Shown here: positions 43,001-54,845 of the stretch, piece after piece | Layout: every line of letters starts with the position of its first letter | Numbering within the stretch: the stretch's first letter is position 1 | Source: Eledone cirrhosa | Taxonomy: Eukaryota | Length of the DNA stretch: 64,000 nt | Assembly: GCA_964016885.1 (NCBI GenBank) | Contig: OZ024742.1 | Span: 12,772,001 to 12,836,000, forward strand | Direction: 5' to 3' | Translations under genes and position numbers: made by a program | Notes under the pieces: model-generated | What the model was told of the DNA's origin: nothing | Databases searched by the model: none | Seen by the model: only the letters and a program-made list of their open reading frames with translations

Positions 43001-46000
43001 TGTGACCTTCAGCAAGACACTTTATTTCACCTTGACGTTGTACCCTTCAGCAAGACACTTTATTTCACCTTGACGGTGTACCCTTCAGCAAGACACTTTA
43101 TTTCAGCTTGACGTTGTACCCTTCAGCAAGACACTTTATTTCACCTTGACGTTGAACCCTTCAGCAAGACACTTTATTTCACCTTGACGTTGTGACCTTC
43201 AGCAAGACACTTTATTTCACCTTGACGATGTGACCTTCAGCAAGACACTTTATTTCACCTTGACGTTGTGACCTTCAGCAAGACACTTTATTCACATTGA
43301 CGTTGTTACCTTCAGCAAGACACTTTATTTCACCTTGACGTTCTGACCTTCAGGAAGACACTTTATTTCACCTTGACGTTGTGTCCTTCAGCAAGACACT
43401 TTATTTCACCTTGACGTTGTGACCTTCAGCAAGACACTTTATTTCACGTTGACGTTGTGACCTTCAGTAAGACGCTTTATTTCACGTTGACGTTGTACCC
43501 TTAAGCAAGACACTTTATTTCACGTTGTCGTTGTACCCTTCAGCAAGACACTTCATTTCACCTTGACGTTGTGACCTTCAGCAAGATACTTTATTTCACC
43601 TTGACGTTGTACCCTTCAGCAAGACACTTTATTTCACCTTGACGTTGTGACCTTCAGCAAGACACTTTATTTCACCTTGACGTTGTGACCTTCAGCAAGA
43701 CACTTTATTTCACCTTGACGTTGTGACCTTCAGCAAGACACTTTATTTCACCTTGACGTTGTGACCTTCAGCGAGACACATTATTTCACCTTGACGTTGT
43801 GACCTTCAGCAAGACACTTTATTTCACCTTGACGTTGTGACCTTCAGCAAGACACTTTATTTCACCTTGACGTTGTGACCTTCAGCAACACACTTTATTT
43901 CACGTTGACGTTGTGACCTTCAGCAAGACACTTTATTTCACATTGACGTTGTTACCTTCAGCAAGACACTTTATTTCACCTTGACATTGTGACCTTCAGC
44001 AAGACACTTTATTTCACCTTGACGTTCTGACCTTCAGCAAGACACTTTATTTCACCTTGACGTTGTGACCTTCAGCAAGACACTTTATTTCACGTTGACG
44101 TTGTACATTTCAGCAAGACACTTTAATTCACCTTGACGTTGTGACCTTCAGCAAGACACTTTATTTCACGTTGACGTTGTGACCTTCAGCAAGACGCTTT
44201 ATTTCACTTTGACGTTGTACCCTTAAGCAAGACACTTTATTTCACGTTGACGTTGTGACCTTCAGCAAGACACTTTATTTCACGTTGACGTTGTGACCTT
44301 CAGCAAGACGCTTTATTTCACTTTGACGTTGTACCCTTAAGCAAGACACTTCATTTCACCTTGACGTTGTGACCTTCAGCAAGATACTTTATTTCACCTT
44401 GACGTTGTGACCTTCAGCAAGACACTTTATTTCACCTTGACGTTGTACCCTTCAGCAAGACACTTTATTTCACCTTGACGTTGTGACCTTCAGCAAGACA
44501 CTTTATTTCACCTTGACGTTGTGACCTTCAGCAAGACACTTTATTTCACCTTGACGTTGTGACCTTCAGCAAGACACTTTATTTCACCTTGACGTTGTGA
44601 TCTTCAGCAAGACACTTTATTTCACCTTGACGTTGTACCCTTCAGCAAGACACTTTATTTCACCTTGACGTTGTACCCTCCAGCAAGACACTTTATTTCA
44701 CCTTGACGTTGTGACCTTCAGCAAGACACTTCATTTCACCTTGACGTTGTGACCTTCAGCAAGACACTTTATTTCACCTTGACGTTGTACCCTTCAGCAA
44801 GACACTTTATTTCACCTTGACGTTGTGACCTTCAGCAAGACACTTTATTTCACCTTGACGTTGTACCCTTCAGTAAGACACTTTATTTCACCTTGACGTT
44901 GTGACCTTCAGCAAGACACTTTATTTCACCTTGACGTTGTGACCTTCAGCAAGACACTTTATTTCACGTTGACGTTGTGACCTTCAGCAAGACACTTTAT
45001 TTCACCTTGACGTTGTACCCTTCAGCAAGACACTTTATTTCACCTTGACGGTGTACCCTTCAGCAAGACACTTTATTTCAGCTTGACGTTGTACCCTTCA
45101 GCAAGACACTTTATTTCACCTTGACGTTGAACCCTTCAGCAAGACACTTTATTTCACCTTGACGTTGTGACCTTCAGCAAGACACTTTATTTCACCTTGA
45201 CGATGTGACCTTCAGCAAGACACTTTATTTCACCTTGACGTTGTGACCTTCAGCAAGACACTTTATTCACATTGACGTTGTTACCTTCAGCAAGACACTT
45301 TATTTCACCTTGACGTTCTGACCTTCAGGAAGACACTTTATTTCACCTTGACGTTGTGTCCTTCAGCAAGACACTTTATTTCACCTTGACGTTGTGACCT
45401 TCAGCAAGACACTTTATTTCACGTTGACGTTGTGACCTTCAGTAAGACGCTTTATTTCACGTTGACGTTGTACCCTTAAGCAAGACACTTTATTTCACGT
45501 TGTCGTTGTACCCTTCAGCAAGACACTTCATTTCACCTTGACGTTGTGACCTTCAGCAAGATACTTTATTTCACCTTGACGTTGTACCCTTCAGCAAGAC
45601 ACTTTATTTCACCTTGACGTTGTGACCTTCAGCAAGACACTTTATTTCACCTTGACGTTGTGACCTTCAGCAAGACACTTTATTTCACCTTGACGTTGTG
45701 ACCTTCAGCAAGACACTTTATTTCACCTTGACGTTGTGACCTTCAGCGAGACACATTATTTCACCTTGACGTTGTGACCTTCAGCAAGACACTTTATTTC
45801 ACCTTGACGTTGTGACCTTCAGCAAGACACTTTATTTCACCTTGACGTTGTGACCTTCAGCAACACACTTTATTTCACGTTGACGTTGTGACCTTCAGCA
45901 AGACACTTTATTTCACCTTGACGTTGTACCCTTCAGCAAGACACTTTATTTCACCTTGACGTTGTGACCTTCAGCAAGACACTTTATTTCACCTTGACGT

Positions 46001-46034
46001 TGTGATCTTCAGCAAGACACTTTATTTCATGTTG
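34028..46034. repeat. 38-bp satellite array (~316 copies, ~12 kb)
   Basis: Consensus GACGTTGTGACCTTCAGCAAGACACTTTATTTCACCTT with variants TGTACCC/TGTGACC and CACC/CACG/CACA; period 38. Confidence 0.99.
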
Positions 46035-46435
46035 CTCTATGTTGAGAACTACGTTAAAGGTGCATCTTTCTGGTGAATGCTCAGACACTTGTAGGTACAT
46101 TTCATGGGAAGGTAGTTCCGTTGAGCGAACAAATGGAACACACATTGTTGTAACTGAAAGATCCAATAAATACATATAGACAGACAGTCTGACAGACATA
46201 CATATAGACAGACAAATTTCAGTTTATTTGCCACTAGGGCACAAAAGAAAGGGACATGTACATGGGTGGGGGAGTTTACATAAAAATCGAGTAAGAAAAA
46301 TATAACAAACAAAATAGTAACAAGAAGGTCCTCAATAGGGAGGGATCATTTTGGGGTCACACACACCCCCGAAAATATGTGCCACCCTTCTCCACGGGAG
46401 CACAAAGAGAGGGTGCTCCCTTCTTCATTTTCCAC

Positions 46436-49400
46436 CTACAGGCTGAGGTAGAGAGAAGGCCCATTCACACGGGCCATTCTCGCAACTTTCACCCACCTTT
46501 CATAAAACTGGCTGGAGTGGAGCACCTCTCTCTCCATCCTGATCCTTCTTCCGAAATGGTATCGGAAGAAAAGGACCAGTTGTTGGCCGGAAAGAAAGGT
46601 GTCCGACCTCAGCCCTTTCAGACGCGTCCACCATATAACCTCTTTTACCATGGCTATTACACAGAGGAAGACCGCCTCTCCTTCATTTTTGAAGGGGGGA
46701 GGCGGCTTGATCGTTACAATGGACGCGGTGGTCAACCTAATTGGTCCCACCCGTGACAGCAGTTGTTCGACATAGCCCCACAGATCGGCAACGCCCGGGC
46801 AGTGTACCAATGCGTGCGCGACGGTTTCCTCGTCGCGCACGCATCTGGGACAGATTGTTTTCGAGAGGTCCCTACCCGGGCGCCCGTGTCTGTAGAGCTT
46901 ATCCCGGTAGCACTGCCAGGCCAAGGACTTCTGGAAGTTGTCCATAGGTCCCGGGCCGAAAGTCCTACCGAATAGACTGGCCAGTTCGTCCTCCTCCATG
47001 CCTAGGGTTTCTCCGAGGGCGTCGTCGCACCCGCTAACCACCAGCCCTCTATAGAATGACGAGGTGGAGTCTCCGTCGATAGCCGGGTCCGCCTGCCAGA
47101 GAGCCGTGAGCGCCTGGGCACACTCGGTGTGCCAGTCGCCCAGTTTTCTCGGTCTTTGCTTCACCCAGGACTGCAGCTCGGTGAGCGAGACGAGCCTCGG
47201 GAAGGCTCGCCTCAAAAACGGGGCCCACACCGGTTGACCGATGAGGAATACCTGGAGGTGCCTTAGCCTCAATGCGTGTTTAAGCATTTTTAGCCACGGC
47301 ATCCCCAGCCCTCCTTTCAAAGGGTGTTGACAGCAGATGGAACTCCTCACCAGAGGAGACCTCTTCTTCCAAAGGAAATAAAAGAGGGCGCGCTCCATTT
47401 TGGCGAGGATCTCACACGGGCAAGGCACGACAGTCAAGCGGTAATAGATGACGGACGCTATGTAAGCGTTCGCCACCTCCGCCCGACCTTTCAGAGATAG
47501 TTTGCACTCGGCCCACTTCTGGGTCAGTGCAAACACCTTATTCGTTACCTCACCCCAGTTTTTCTCCACCTGGAGGTCCGGTCCGAACCAGACCCCAAGC
47601 AACTTCACCGGGCCCTCCGTCCACCGTCCGACGACACCGTCGCACGACATCGCTTTGCCCCTCCACTCGCCGAGTTGCAAAGCGACTAACTTGTCCCGGT
47701 TCAGCTTAGCCCCTGTCAACCTTTCGTACTCCTCCAGTAAGGTGCCGATTGCCTCGATTTCCGAGGTGGTCGACACCATTACTGTTACGTCATCGGCGTA
47801 GGCCGACACCGCTTTGCGCAATCCCGGTTCCAAAGGGATGCCCTGCAACAACTCCAACTTCCGCAGTAGTGGCTCGAGAGCCAATACATACAGAAGGGAG
47901 GAGAGAGGGCACCCCTGTCGGATGGAGAGGGTGATTCCGAACGGCTCCGAAAGGTAGCCGTTCACCTTAACTCTAGAGCAGATGCGGCTGCTGTGCATGG
48001 CAGTGATCCAGCCCCTGAAAACGGGTCCGAACCCAGCCGCCGCTAGCACCGCATCCAGGTAACCATGGTCCACCCTATCGAACGCTTTAGACTGATCTAA
48101 ATTTATCAGGGCCCCACCAAAGCCGGGTTCGTTCCCAACCCTCGCTATGATGTATCGCATGAGGTGGAGGTTGTCGTGGATGGACCTGCACTGGATAGCG
48201 CATGTCTGCGCATCTCCCACCAGGCTCCCCACGACAAGCGCCAACCTCTTCGCTCACACCTTGGCCAAAATCTTTAACTCTGCATTTAGCAGAGTTATGG
48301 GCCTAAAATTACTAATGTCATCCCCCTTGTTCTCGTCCTTCCTCACTAGCGAGACTACGCCATTGGTCACAGAACAGGGAATTCTCCCGTTCTGTTGCCA
48401 GTTGCAGTAGACCGCCTCGAGGAGATCGGGGAACAAGTCCGGCATATTAATATATAGTTCGTAGGGCAGACCATCGAGCCCTGGAGATTTGCGTTTGCCG
48501 CATAGGCTCAGCACGTCCCCTATTTCAGCGGCTGAGATCGGCCCGTCGCAGGACCTCGCCTCCTTGTCCGAAAGACGCGGCAGGCCGTCGAGGTATGGAC
48601 CGAAATCCACATCTCCAACCGGCACCCCTCCCCTCCGGAACAATTGGGCAAAGTGCCTTTGAAAGGCCTCGCACATTTGCTTAGATTCAAGGATCACCCG
48701 TCCATCCTGGTCTCGCAAAGACCGGATAGTGGATTTAATCCCACTTTTCGCTTCTGTCACGCGGGCCCAGCTAACAGCTTTGGTCCCCTCGTTTCCCAGA
48801 GCACGTATTTTGCTTCGGACAACGCAGCCTTCGTGTTTCGCGTCGAAGAACTGATTCAAGGCCGTTCTCGACGCTTGCATTCTGGCCACGTTGCCGCTTC
48901 TCATTGCCTCTTCAACATTAACTACCAACTCCCTTTGCTTCCTATTTCTATCTGAGGCTAACTCCTTACTAACTCCTATTGAAACTACTCTAATCTCTCT
49001 TTTTAGAAAGCCCCACCACCTGCTGTTGACGATGGCGCCCGTCAACCGCTCCTTAACTAAGGTTCTAATCCGGTCCCTGTAAGCTCTACTTGCCGGTCAG
49101 GACAAGTTGAGCTTCCAGTAACCGGGTCCCTGCCTATGCGTTCTATCAAGGTGGACTACGCAGGTCACTAACTTGTGGTCTGAATAGCCCACCATGAGCA
49201 TTTCTGGACAACTTAAAAAACTCCCTATCCTTAATTCTAACTAAGAACCTATCTAGGTACGATCTAGATTGACCACTGTTATTTGACCAAGTCGAGGCTG
49301 GCACAGTCGGAAAATCTAGTCGGTATCTATCGGCCAGGTCAAATCGGCCGATTAACCCCTTAAGGCTGTTACACCCCCCCCCCCCCCTCTATCGGGACAT

Positions 49401-49864
49401 GCCCCTACATAGTCCCAACGTGCATCTAGGATACAATTCCAGTCCCCCACTAAAAGCAAGGAGCGGGACGTCCCTAGAAAAGTCTCCAGACGATGGAAGA
49501 AGTCCGACCGCATTGCCCCAAAAGGGGCGTATACGGCGACAAGCCTAAAAGCTTCGCCTTCACCATTGCCAAATTCCAGAACCACGAGTCGACCCTCCGG
49601 GTCCAAGTGTACCGTCTGTGTAGCGAGACCCAGATGTTTTTGCAGCAGAACGACAACCCCACCCCCACCTCCGGGCTGACAGAGAGATGCGTGCATCTCA
49701 AAGTCATCAAAGGTGGGAGCTAGCTGTCGCATGCTGCTGATCCGGGCCTCGCAAATAACCATCACATTTATACATTGTGACCTGAGGTCACTTAGAAGTT
49801 TAGCTTACTTCCAAGGTGAGCCCAGGCCACGCGCATTTAGACAACCTACTCTTAACACAGCCAT
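46436..49864 (-). pseudogene. LINE ORF2 (APE endonuclease + reverse transcriptase), disrupted
   Basis: ATG at 49864 gives MAVLRVGCLNARG, with an in-frame TAA near 49805. EN motifs ICEAR, AVYAP, VGDWN. RT motifs SPGLDGL, FRPITLLN, DQSKAFDRVDH, RQGCPLS, YADD, KLLGV. C-terminal CPRC..ETVAHALVHC. Split into ORFs 49352-49765, 48254-49045 and 46436-48244 by frameshifts/stops. Confidence 0.93.
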
Positions 49865-49887
49865 GCTGGTGGCAATGAAAGAGGCAC

Positions 49888-51655
49888 TTACCTCTCTGCG
49901 TCCCGGCGTTCGGGCCGCTCAGTTTCCATGGGGCTGGTGGAGGGGTTGTTGGGTGGGGTGGTGGTTTGTGGTGGTGTGGGGGTATTAGTGTGTGGAGGGG
50001 TTGGGGTGTTTGGAGTTGTGTGGGTGTTTGAGGAGGGGAGGGGAAAACCTTTCAGGAGGACGCGGTTGAGTGGCCTGGTGCAGGGTGGCCCCACGTCCTC
50101 AGGGTAAATGTTTTTCAAAGTTTTGAAAATGTCAAGTGGGACTTTCACCATTTTCAGGTTAGGGAGTCCCATTGCCGTTACAAAATTCGGCCCTTCGGCT
50201 TGTACCGAAGGGTTGTTTTCTATTTTTTCTGTTAGGTTTTTATTGTTTTTGTTTATGTATGTGTAGAGTTTTTGTGTTGTTGTGTTTGTTTTTGCTTGTT
50301 GTTCTTGAGTGTGTTTGCGTTTTGTTGTCTGTGTTGTGTTGTCAGGTGGGGTTATTTTTGTTTGTGTGGTGTGTGTACGTTTTTTTCTTTTCACTTTTTG
50401 GAAGGGAGCCCCCTCGTCTTCCGACGATATGAGTTCCTCTTCCGTATTGGAGGGGAGGGTATATCTCCGGGTTGTGTATGAACTGCGTGTGTTTTTGTAT
50501 TTGTGTTCTGTGAGGAGGGGCTGAGTGGGACCGTGTTTTGGGTTGTTTTCTTGAGCTGTTGTTGATGTTGTTGTTGTGGTGGTGGTGGTGGAGGTGGTGT
50601 TGTTGGTTTTTGTTGTCGTTGTGGTGGTGATGGTAGTGTATTTTGTTGTTTTTGTGGTGGTGGTGCTGGTTGTTTTTGTTGTTGTTGTGGTGTTTGTAGC
50701 AGTGTTTTTTTTGTTGTTAGTAGAGGGCAGGCCGTCCTCAGGTGACCTCTTCCAGCGCAGTGGTAACATGAGGGTCTCCTGCCTTCCACCGTAATATTTA
50801 TGAAGGTTCGCCCATCCAGTAGGACTCGTCGGGTATTCCGGCGATTCTCTCAGGTGTCATCTGTAAGAGAACCTCCAGACTTTTCCCCCCGAACAGTCCA
50901 CTGGTGGACTCCCCTGCTGAAATAAGGATGTCCTTTTCTAGGTCCGTAAATCCTGTCAGGACGGACCAGATGTTAACTTCTGGCGTTGGGCTCCACATTC
51001 TTAGTCTCTGAGTTCTTCTTCCTTTATACGTGGGGAAGAAGGTGTATTGTGGTGACACTATAGGTGCCACCGAGTATTTTTGAGCCAGCATTTCGTCCTT
51101 CATTCGGACCATAATGCTGGCATACAGCTTTCCTCTTTCAATAAAAAGTATGTTTTCTTTAATATCTTTCAATACCAGCTCATTTTGACTTTCTGTCAAT
51201 TGAGCTGGCTTTCTTGTTGCGTTGGATATCGTTCTGAAGGTTATGGTATTCCTATATACCTGTTGGCGAAATTCTTCTGGAGAGTTGATCGTAAAAGAAC
51301 CATCCTCCCCAAAAGATATGTATTTTCTGGCATTTAGCAAGTTCTGCTTAGCGTTTGTGATGTCTATTGGCTTGTACTCTATAGCTTTCCTGACCGTTTG
51401 GGCAAAAGAAATTTTGTTGTCTTTGTTGCTTGTTGTTGCAATGTTGTTGGTTTCATCTTTTGTGGTGTTTATTTTCTTGTTACTTTTTTCAAAATTTACG
51501 TTTTCATTCGAATTAATATTCTTTTTTTTTTCATTGGAGAGGAGGGGCTGTTCAACAGTTTGAATTGTTGTTCCCTCTTTCTCGCTTATTTTTTTGGTAG
51601 GCGTGGCGTTAGCTTCCAATATGGCGATATCGTTTTCAACGATATCGATAAACAT
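49888..51655 (-). pseudogene. LINE ORF1 (gag-like, zinc knuckle), frameshifted
   Basis: 285-aa ORF 50798-51655, then CYHCAGRGHLRTAC (CX2CX4HX4C) in another frame near 50730-50775, then a Thr/Lys-rich low-complexity segment (ORF 49888-50769) ending just before the ORF2 ATG. Confidence 0.8.
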
Positions 51656-51670
51656 TTTTGAAATAAATAT

Positions 51671-51694
51671 TTTTCACCCCAAAAGGGGTGAAAA
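51671..51694. other. 10-bp perfect hairpin in the LINE 5'UTR
   Basis: TTTTCACCCC-AAAA-GGGGTGAAAA, 15 nt upstream of the ORF1 ATG. Confidence 0.75.
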
Positions 51695-51831
51695 TATATT
51701 TACCCTACGTCTACAGTCCCAGACTAGGGGTTAGAGTCAATAATAAAAAAACAATTTAAATAATGCACTCACAAATATTCCAGGTAAAAATTCCAAATCG
51801 AAGAGCCGATATGAAAGACGTCTACTATCAA

Positions 51832-52046
51832 AGACAGACAGACAGACAGATAGAGAGACAGGCGGGTAGGTAGGCAGATGGATAGGGGGACAAATAGTCA
51901 GGCAGTCAGACAGATAGACTTACAGTTAGACAAGCAGAAAGACCGGCAGACAGAGAGTCTGACAGATAGACAGACAGACAGATAGGCAAGCAGACTGACT
52001 GCCAGGCAGACAGACTAACAGTCAGACAGGCAGGTGGGCAGACAGA
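51832..52046. repeat. Degenerate (GACA)n/(GGCA)n microsatellite
   Basis: Direct reading; the shorter tract at 46177-46214 is of the same type. Confidence 0.9.
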
Positions 52047-52299
52047 TATATCTATAACAAGTGGAACCTTTCCCTTTAGTATTTAAATGTATTACCAGAC
52101 CAATTACTGATGTTACCAGGGGACATATGAAATTTCAATGATTTCTCTAGAAAAGGAGCATATGGCATTTAATAGCAGAGATTGAAAACGTCAACATAAG
52201 TTCTACTATAGATATTTCAGTCTGTAGAAATGAGAGGAATCTTTATTCGGATAATGTCTGGCAAATATCTAGCGAAGAATTAAGGCTGTGTTTGGTACG

Positions 52300-52428
52300 T
52301 CCCTTTACGATCTGAGTTCAAATCCCACCGAGGTTGACTTTGCCTTTCATCCTTACGGGGTCGATAAAATAAAGTACCAGTAATGCACTGGGTAATTGCT
52401 GGCCTTATGCCTAAAGTAGAAACAATTA
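52300..52428 (+). mobile_element. tRNA-derived SINE, family A (5' part degenerate)
   Basis: TCTGAGTTCAAATCCCACCGAGGTTGACTTTGCCTTTCATCCTTACGGGGTCGATAAAATAAAGTACCAGT. Confidence 0.85.
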
Positions 52429-52519
52429 AATTATTTACGAATTAACAAAATATATATTTGACTCAAAATTAAAGAAAATGTTAGTAGATATTCAGCAAAA
52501 CAAAAACATTTTTAATCCT

Positions 52520-52661
52520 TGACTGATACTTTATTCATCGAACTCGAAAGGATGAAAGGCAAAGTTGACCTCGCAGGATTTGAACTGAGAAGGCAGAGAG
52601 ACAGAATGAATGGTACTAAGTATTCTATCTGACTTTCTAACAGCACTGCCAATTCACAACC
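52520..52661 (-). mobile_element. tRNA-derived SINE, family A
   Basis: Plus strand GAAAGGATGAAAGGCAAAGTTGACCTCGCAGGATTTGAACT is the reverse complement of the family A core; tail-to-tail with the preceding copy. Confidence 0.8.
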
Positions 52662-52704
52662 GTACATAATCTTGTACAGCTGTGTCAATCTCCTCTCTCT
52701 TTCT

Positions 52705-53030
52705 CTTTGATATGAGTAACGCTCAAGATTTAGAAGTTTGAACTTCTAAATCTTGATTTTTACGGTCAGAATGTCAACAGGGTTATTTCTATACGTCGTG
52801 ATCAAACAACTTCTAGTAAGGATTAGAAGCAATTAGAATTAAGTCTCTATCTTAACGAATTTATACATATCATTGGTAGTTTTATTATTGCTTTTATGTT
52901 TCCATATCTCCGATTACGTAATATATGAACTACATTGAGATGTATAATTACACACATATCCCTGTATAATCACATATACATACATACACTCAAACAAACA
53001 CATACACGGCTATTTCTGGACCTACATATA

Positions 53031-53063
<33 letters not shown>

Positions 53064-53090
53064 GTATATATATATGTATATATATGTACC

Positions 53091-53127
<37 letters not shown>

Positions 53128-53515
53128 AGAAATAGCCGTCGAAACGGCTTGAGCTCTTCCGTCAGGTCTTGAACTTTTTCCTATATTTATATACATATAT
53201 ATATATGTCTCTGTGTATGTGTTTGTTTGAGTGCATGTATGTATATGTGATTATACAGGGATATGTGTGTAATTATACATCTCAATGTAGTTCATATATT
53301 ACGTAATCGGAGATATGGAAACATAAAAGCAATAATAAAACTACCAATGATATGTATAAATTCGTTAAGATAGAGACTTAATTCTAATTGCTTCTAATCC
53401 TTACTAGAAGTTGTTTGATCACGACGTATAGAAATAACCCTGTTGACATTCTGACCGTAAAAATCAAGATTTAGAAGTTCAAACTTCTAAATGTTGAGCG
53501 TTACTCATATCAAAG
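52705..53515. repeat. Long near-perfect inverted repeat (303-bp arms, 205-bp spacer); foldback/MITE-like or inverted retroelement terminus
   Basis: Arm 52705-53007 is the reverse complement of 53213-53515, with only about 2 mismatches seen by eye. The spacer holds (TA)n and a nested IR. Confidence 0.95.
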
Positions 53516-53899
53516 TCATTTAGATCCCTCCCAAACTTCCCATTCGTAGAAGGAATGTGCTATGAGGATTAATTTTAATCCTAGGGTATCTGTTAGTATA
53601 ATTGAAACGTTGATCAATATAAATTTCTAGCCATGAATCCTAGATTGCTTTAATTGAAAACATCTAATTTCGTTGTGAGCGATTGACAATTAATTCAGGA
53701 ATACAAAAGCATATATTGGGAGTCTCTACATAGCCTATCGACCTGCTAGAAATCGATGCTAAATTTATTTCAAATCATTCTCAATCGTCTTTTACAAAGG
53801 CAGAAGGACATAATAGATAATAATTTCTAATGTATTTTTATCAGACAAAACTGGATGATTATGACTGAGTTATCTTGAGATTAAAACACTGCAGTAATT

Positions 53900-54845
53900 T
53901 GTAATTTTAGCTGATCGAGTCACCATCACCCTTCGTTAGCTCGCACTAGTGAAACACCTATACAAGTTGTATTTCTAGCTGACCGAGCCACCATCTAGAG
54001 GACACCTCGTTGACTCGCACTAGTGAAATACCTGTACAGGTTGTACTTCTAGCTGGCCGAGCGACCATCTAGAGGACACCTCGTTAGCTCGCACTAGTGA
54101 AACACCTGTACAGGTCGTATTTCTAGCTGGCCGAGCGACCATCTAGAGGACACCTCGTTAGCTCGCACTAGTGAAACACCTGTACAGGTCGTATTTCTAG
54201 CTGGCCGAGCGACCATCTAGAGGACACCTCGTTAGCTCGCACTAGTGAAACACCTGTACAGGTCGTATTTCTAGCTGGCCGAGCGACCATCTAGAGGACA
54301 CCTCGTTAGCTCGCACTAGTGAAACACCTGTACAGGTCGTATTTCTAGCTGGCCGAGCGACCATCTAGAGGACACCTCGTTAGCTCGCACTAGTGAAACA
54401 CCTGTACAGGTCGTATTTCTAGCTGGCCGAGCGACCATCTAGAGGACACCTCGTTAGCTCGCACTAGTGAAACACCTGTACAGGTCGTATTTCTAGCTGG
54501 CCGAGCGACCATCTAGAGGACACCTCGTTAGCTCGCACTAGTGAAACACCTGTACAGGTCGTATTTCTAGCTGGCCGAGCGACCATCTAGAGGACACCTC
54601 GTTAGCTCGCACTAGTGAAACACCTGTACAGGTCGTATTTCTAGCTGGCCGAGCGACCATCTAGAGGACACCTCGTTAGCTCGCACTAGTGAAACACCTG
54701 TACAGGTCGTATTTCTAGCTGGCCGAGCGACCATCTAGAGGACACCTCGTTAGCTCGCACTAGTGAAACACCTGTACAGGTCGTATTTCTAGCTGGCCGA
54801 GCGACCATCTAGAGGACACCTCGTTAGCTCGCACTAGTGAAACAC
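53900..54845. repeat. 74-bp minisatellite, ~12-13 copies
   Basis: Unit CTAGCTGGCCGAGCGACCATCTAGAGGACACCTCGTTAGCTCGCACTAGTGAAACACCTGTACAGGTCGTATTT; the first two copies are diverged, the rest look identical. Confidence 0.97.

Larger units (their letters stand above)
46215..51831 (-). mobile_element. Full-length non-LTR retrotransposon, L1/Tx1-like, inactivated
   Basis: Order on minus strand: 5'UTR, ORF1 with CCHC knuckle, ORF2 (APE endonuclease, RT, C-terminal Cys/His motif), 3'UTR with AATAAA near 46223-46228. AGACAGACA flanks both ends (46206-46214, 51832-51840). Confidence 0.92.

Noticed and set aside
46379-51661. Plus-strand ORFs overlapping the LINE
   Set aside because: Antisense shadows of ORF1/ORF2 with no recognisable motifs.
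53908-54060. Hammerhead-like CTGA(T/C)CGAG...GAAAC in the 74-bp unit
   Set aside because: Extra nucleotide in the first box, CTGG in most copies, 6 unpaired nt before GAAA and no credible stem I.
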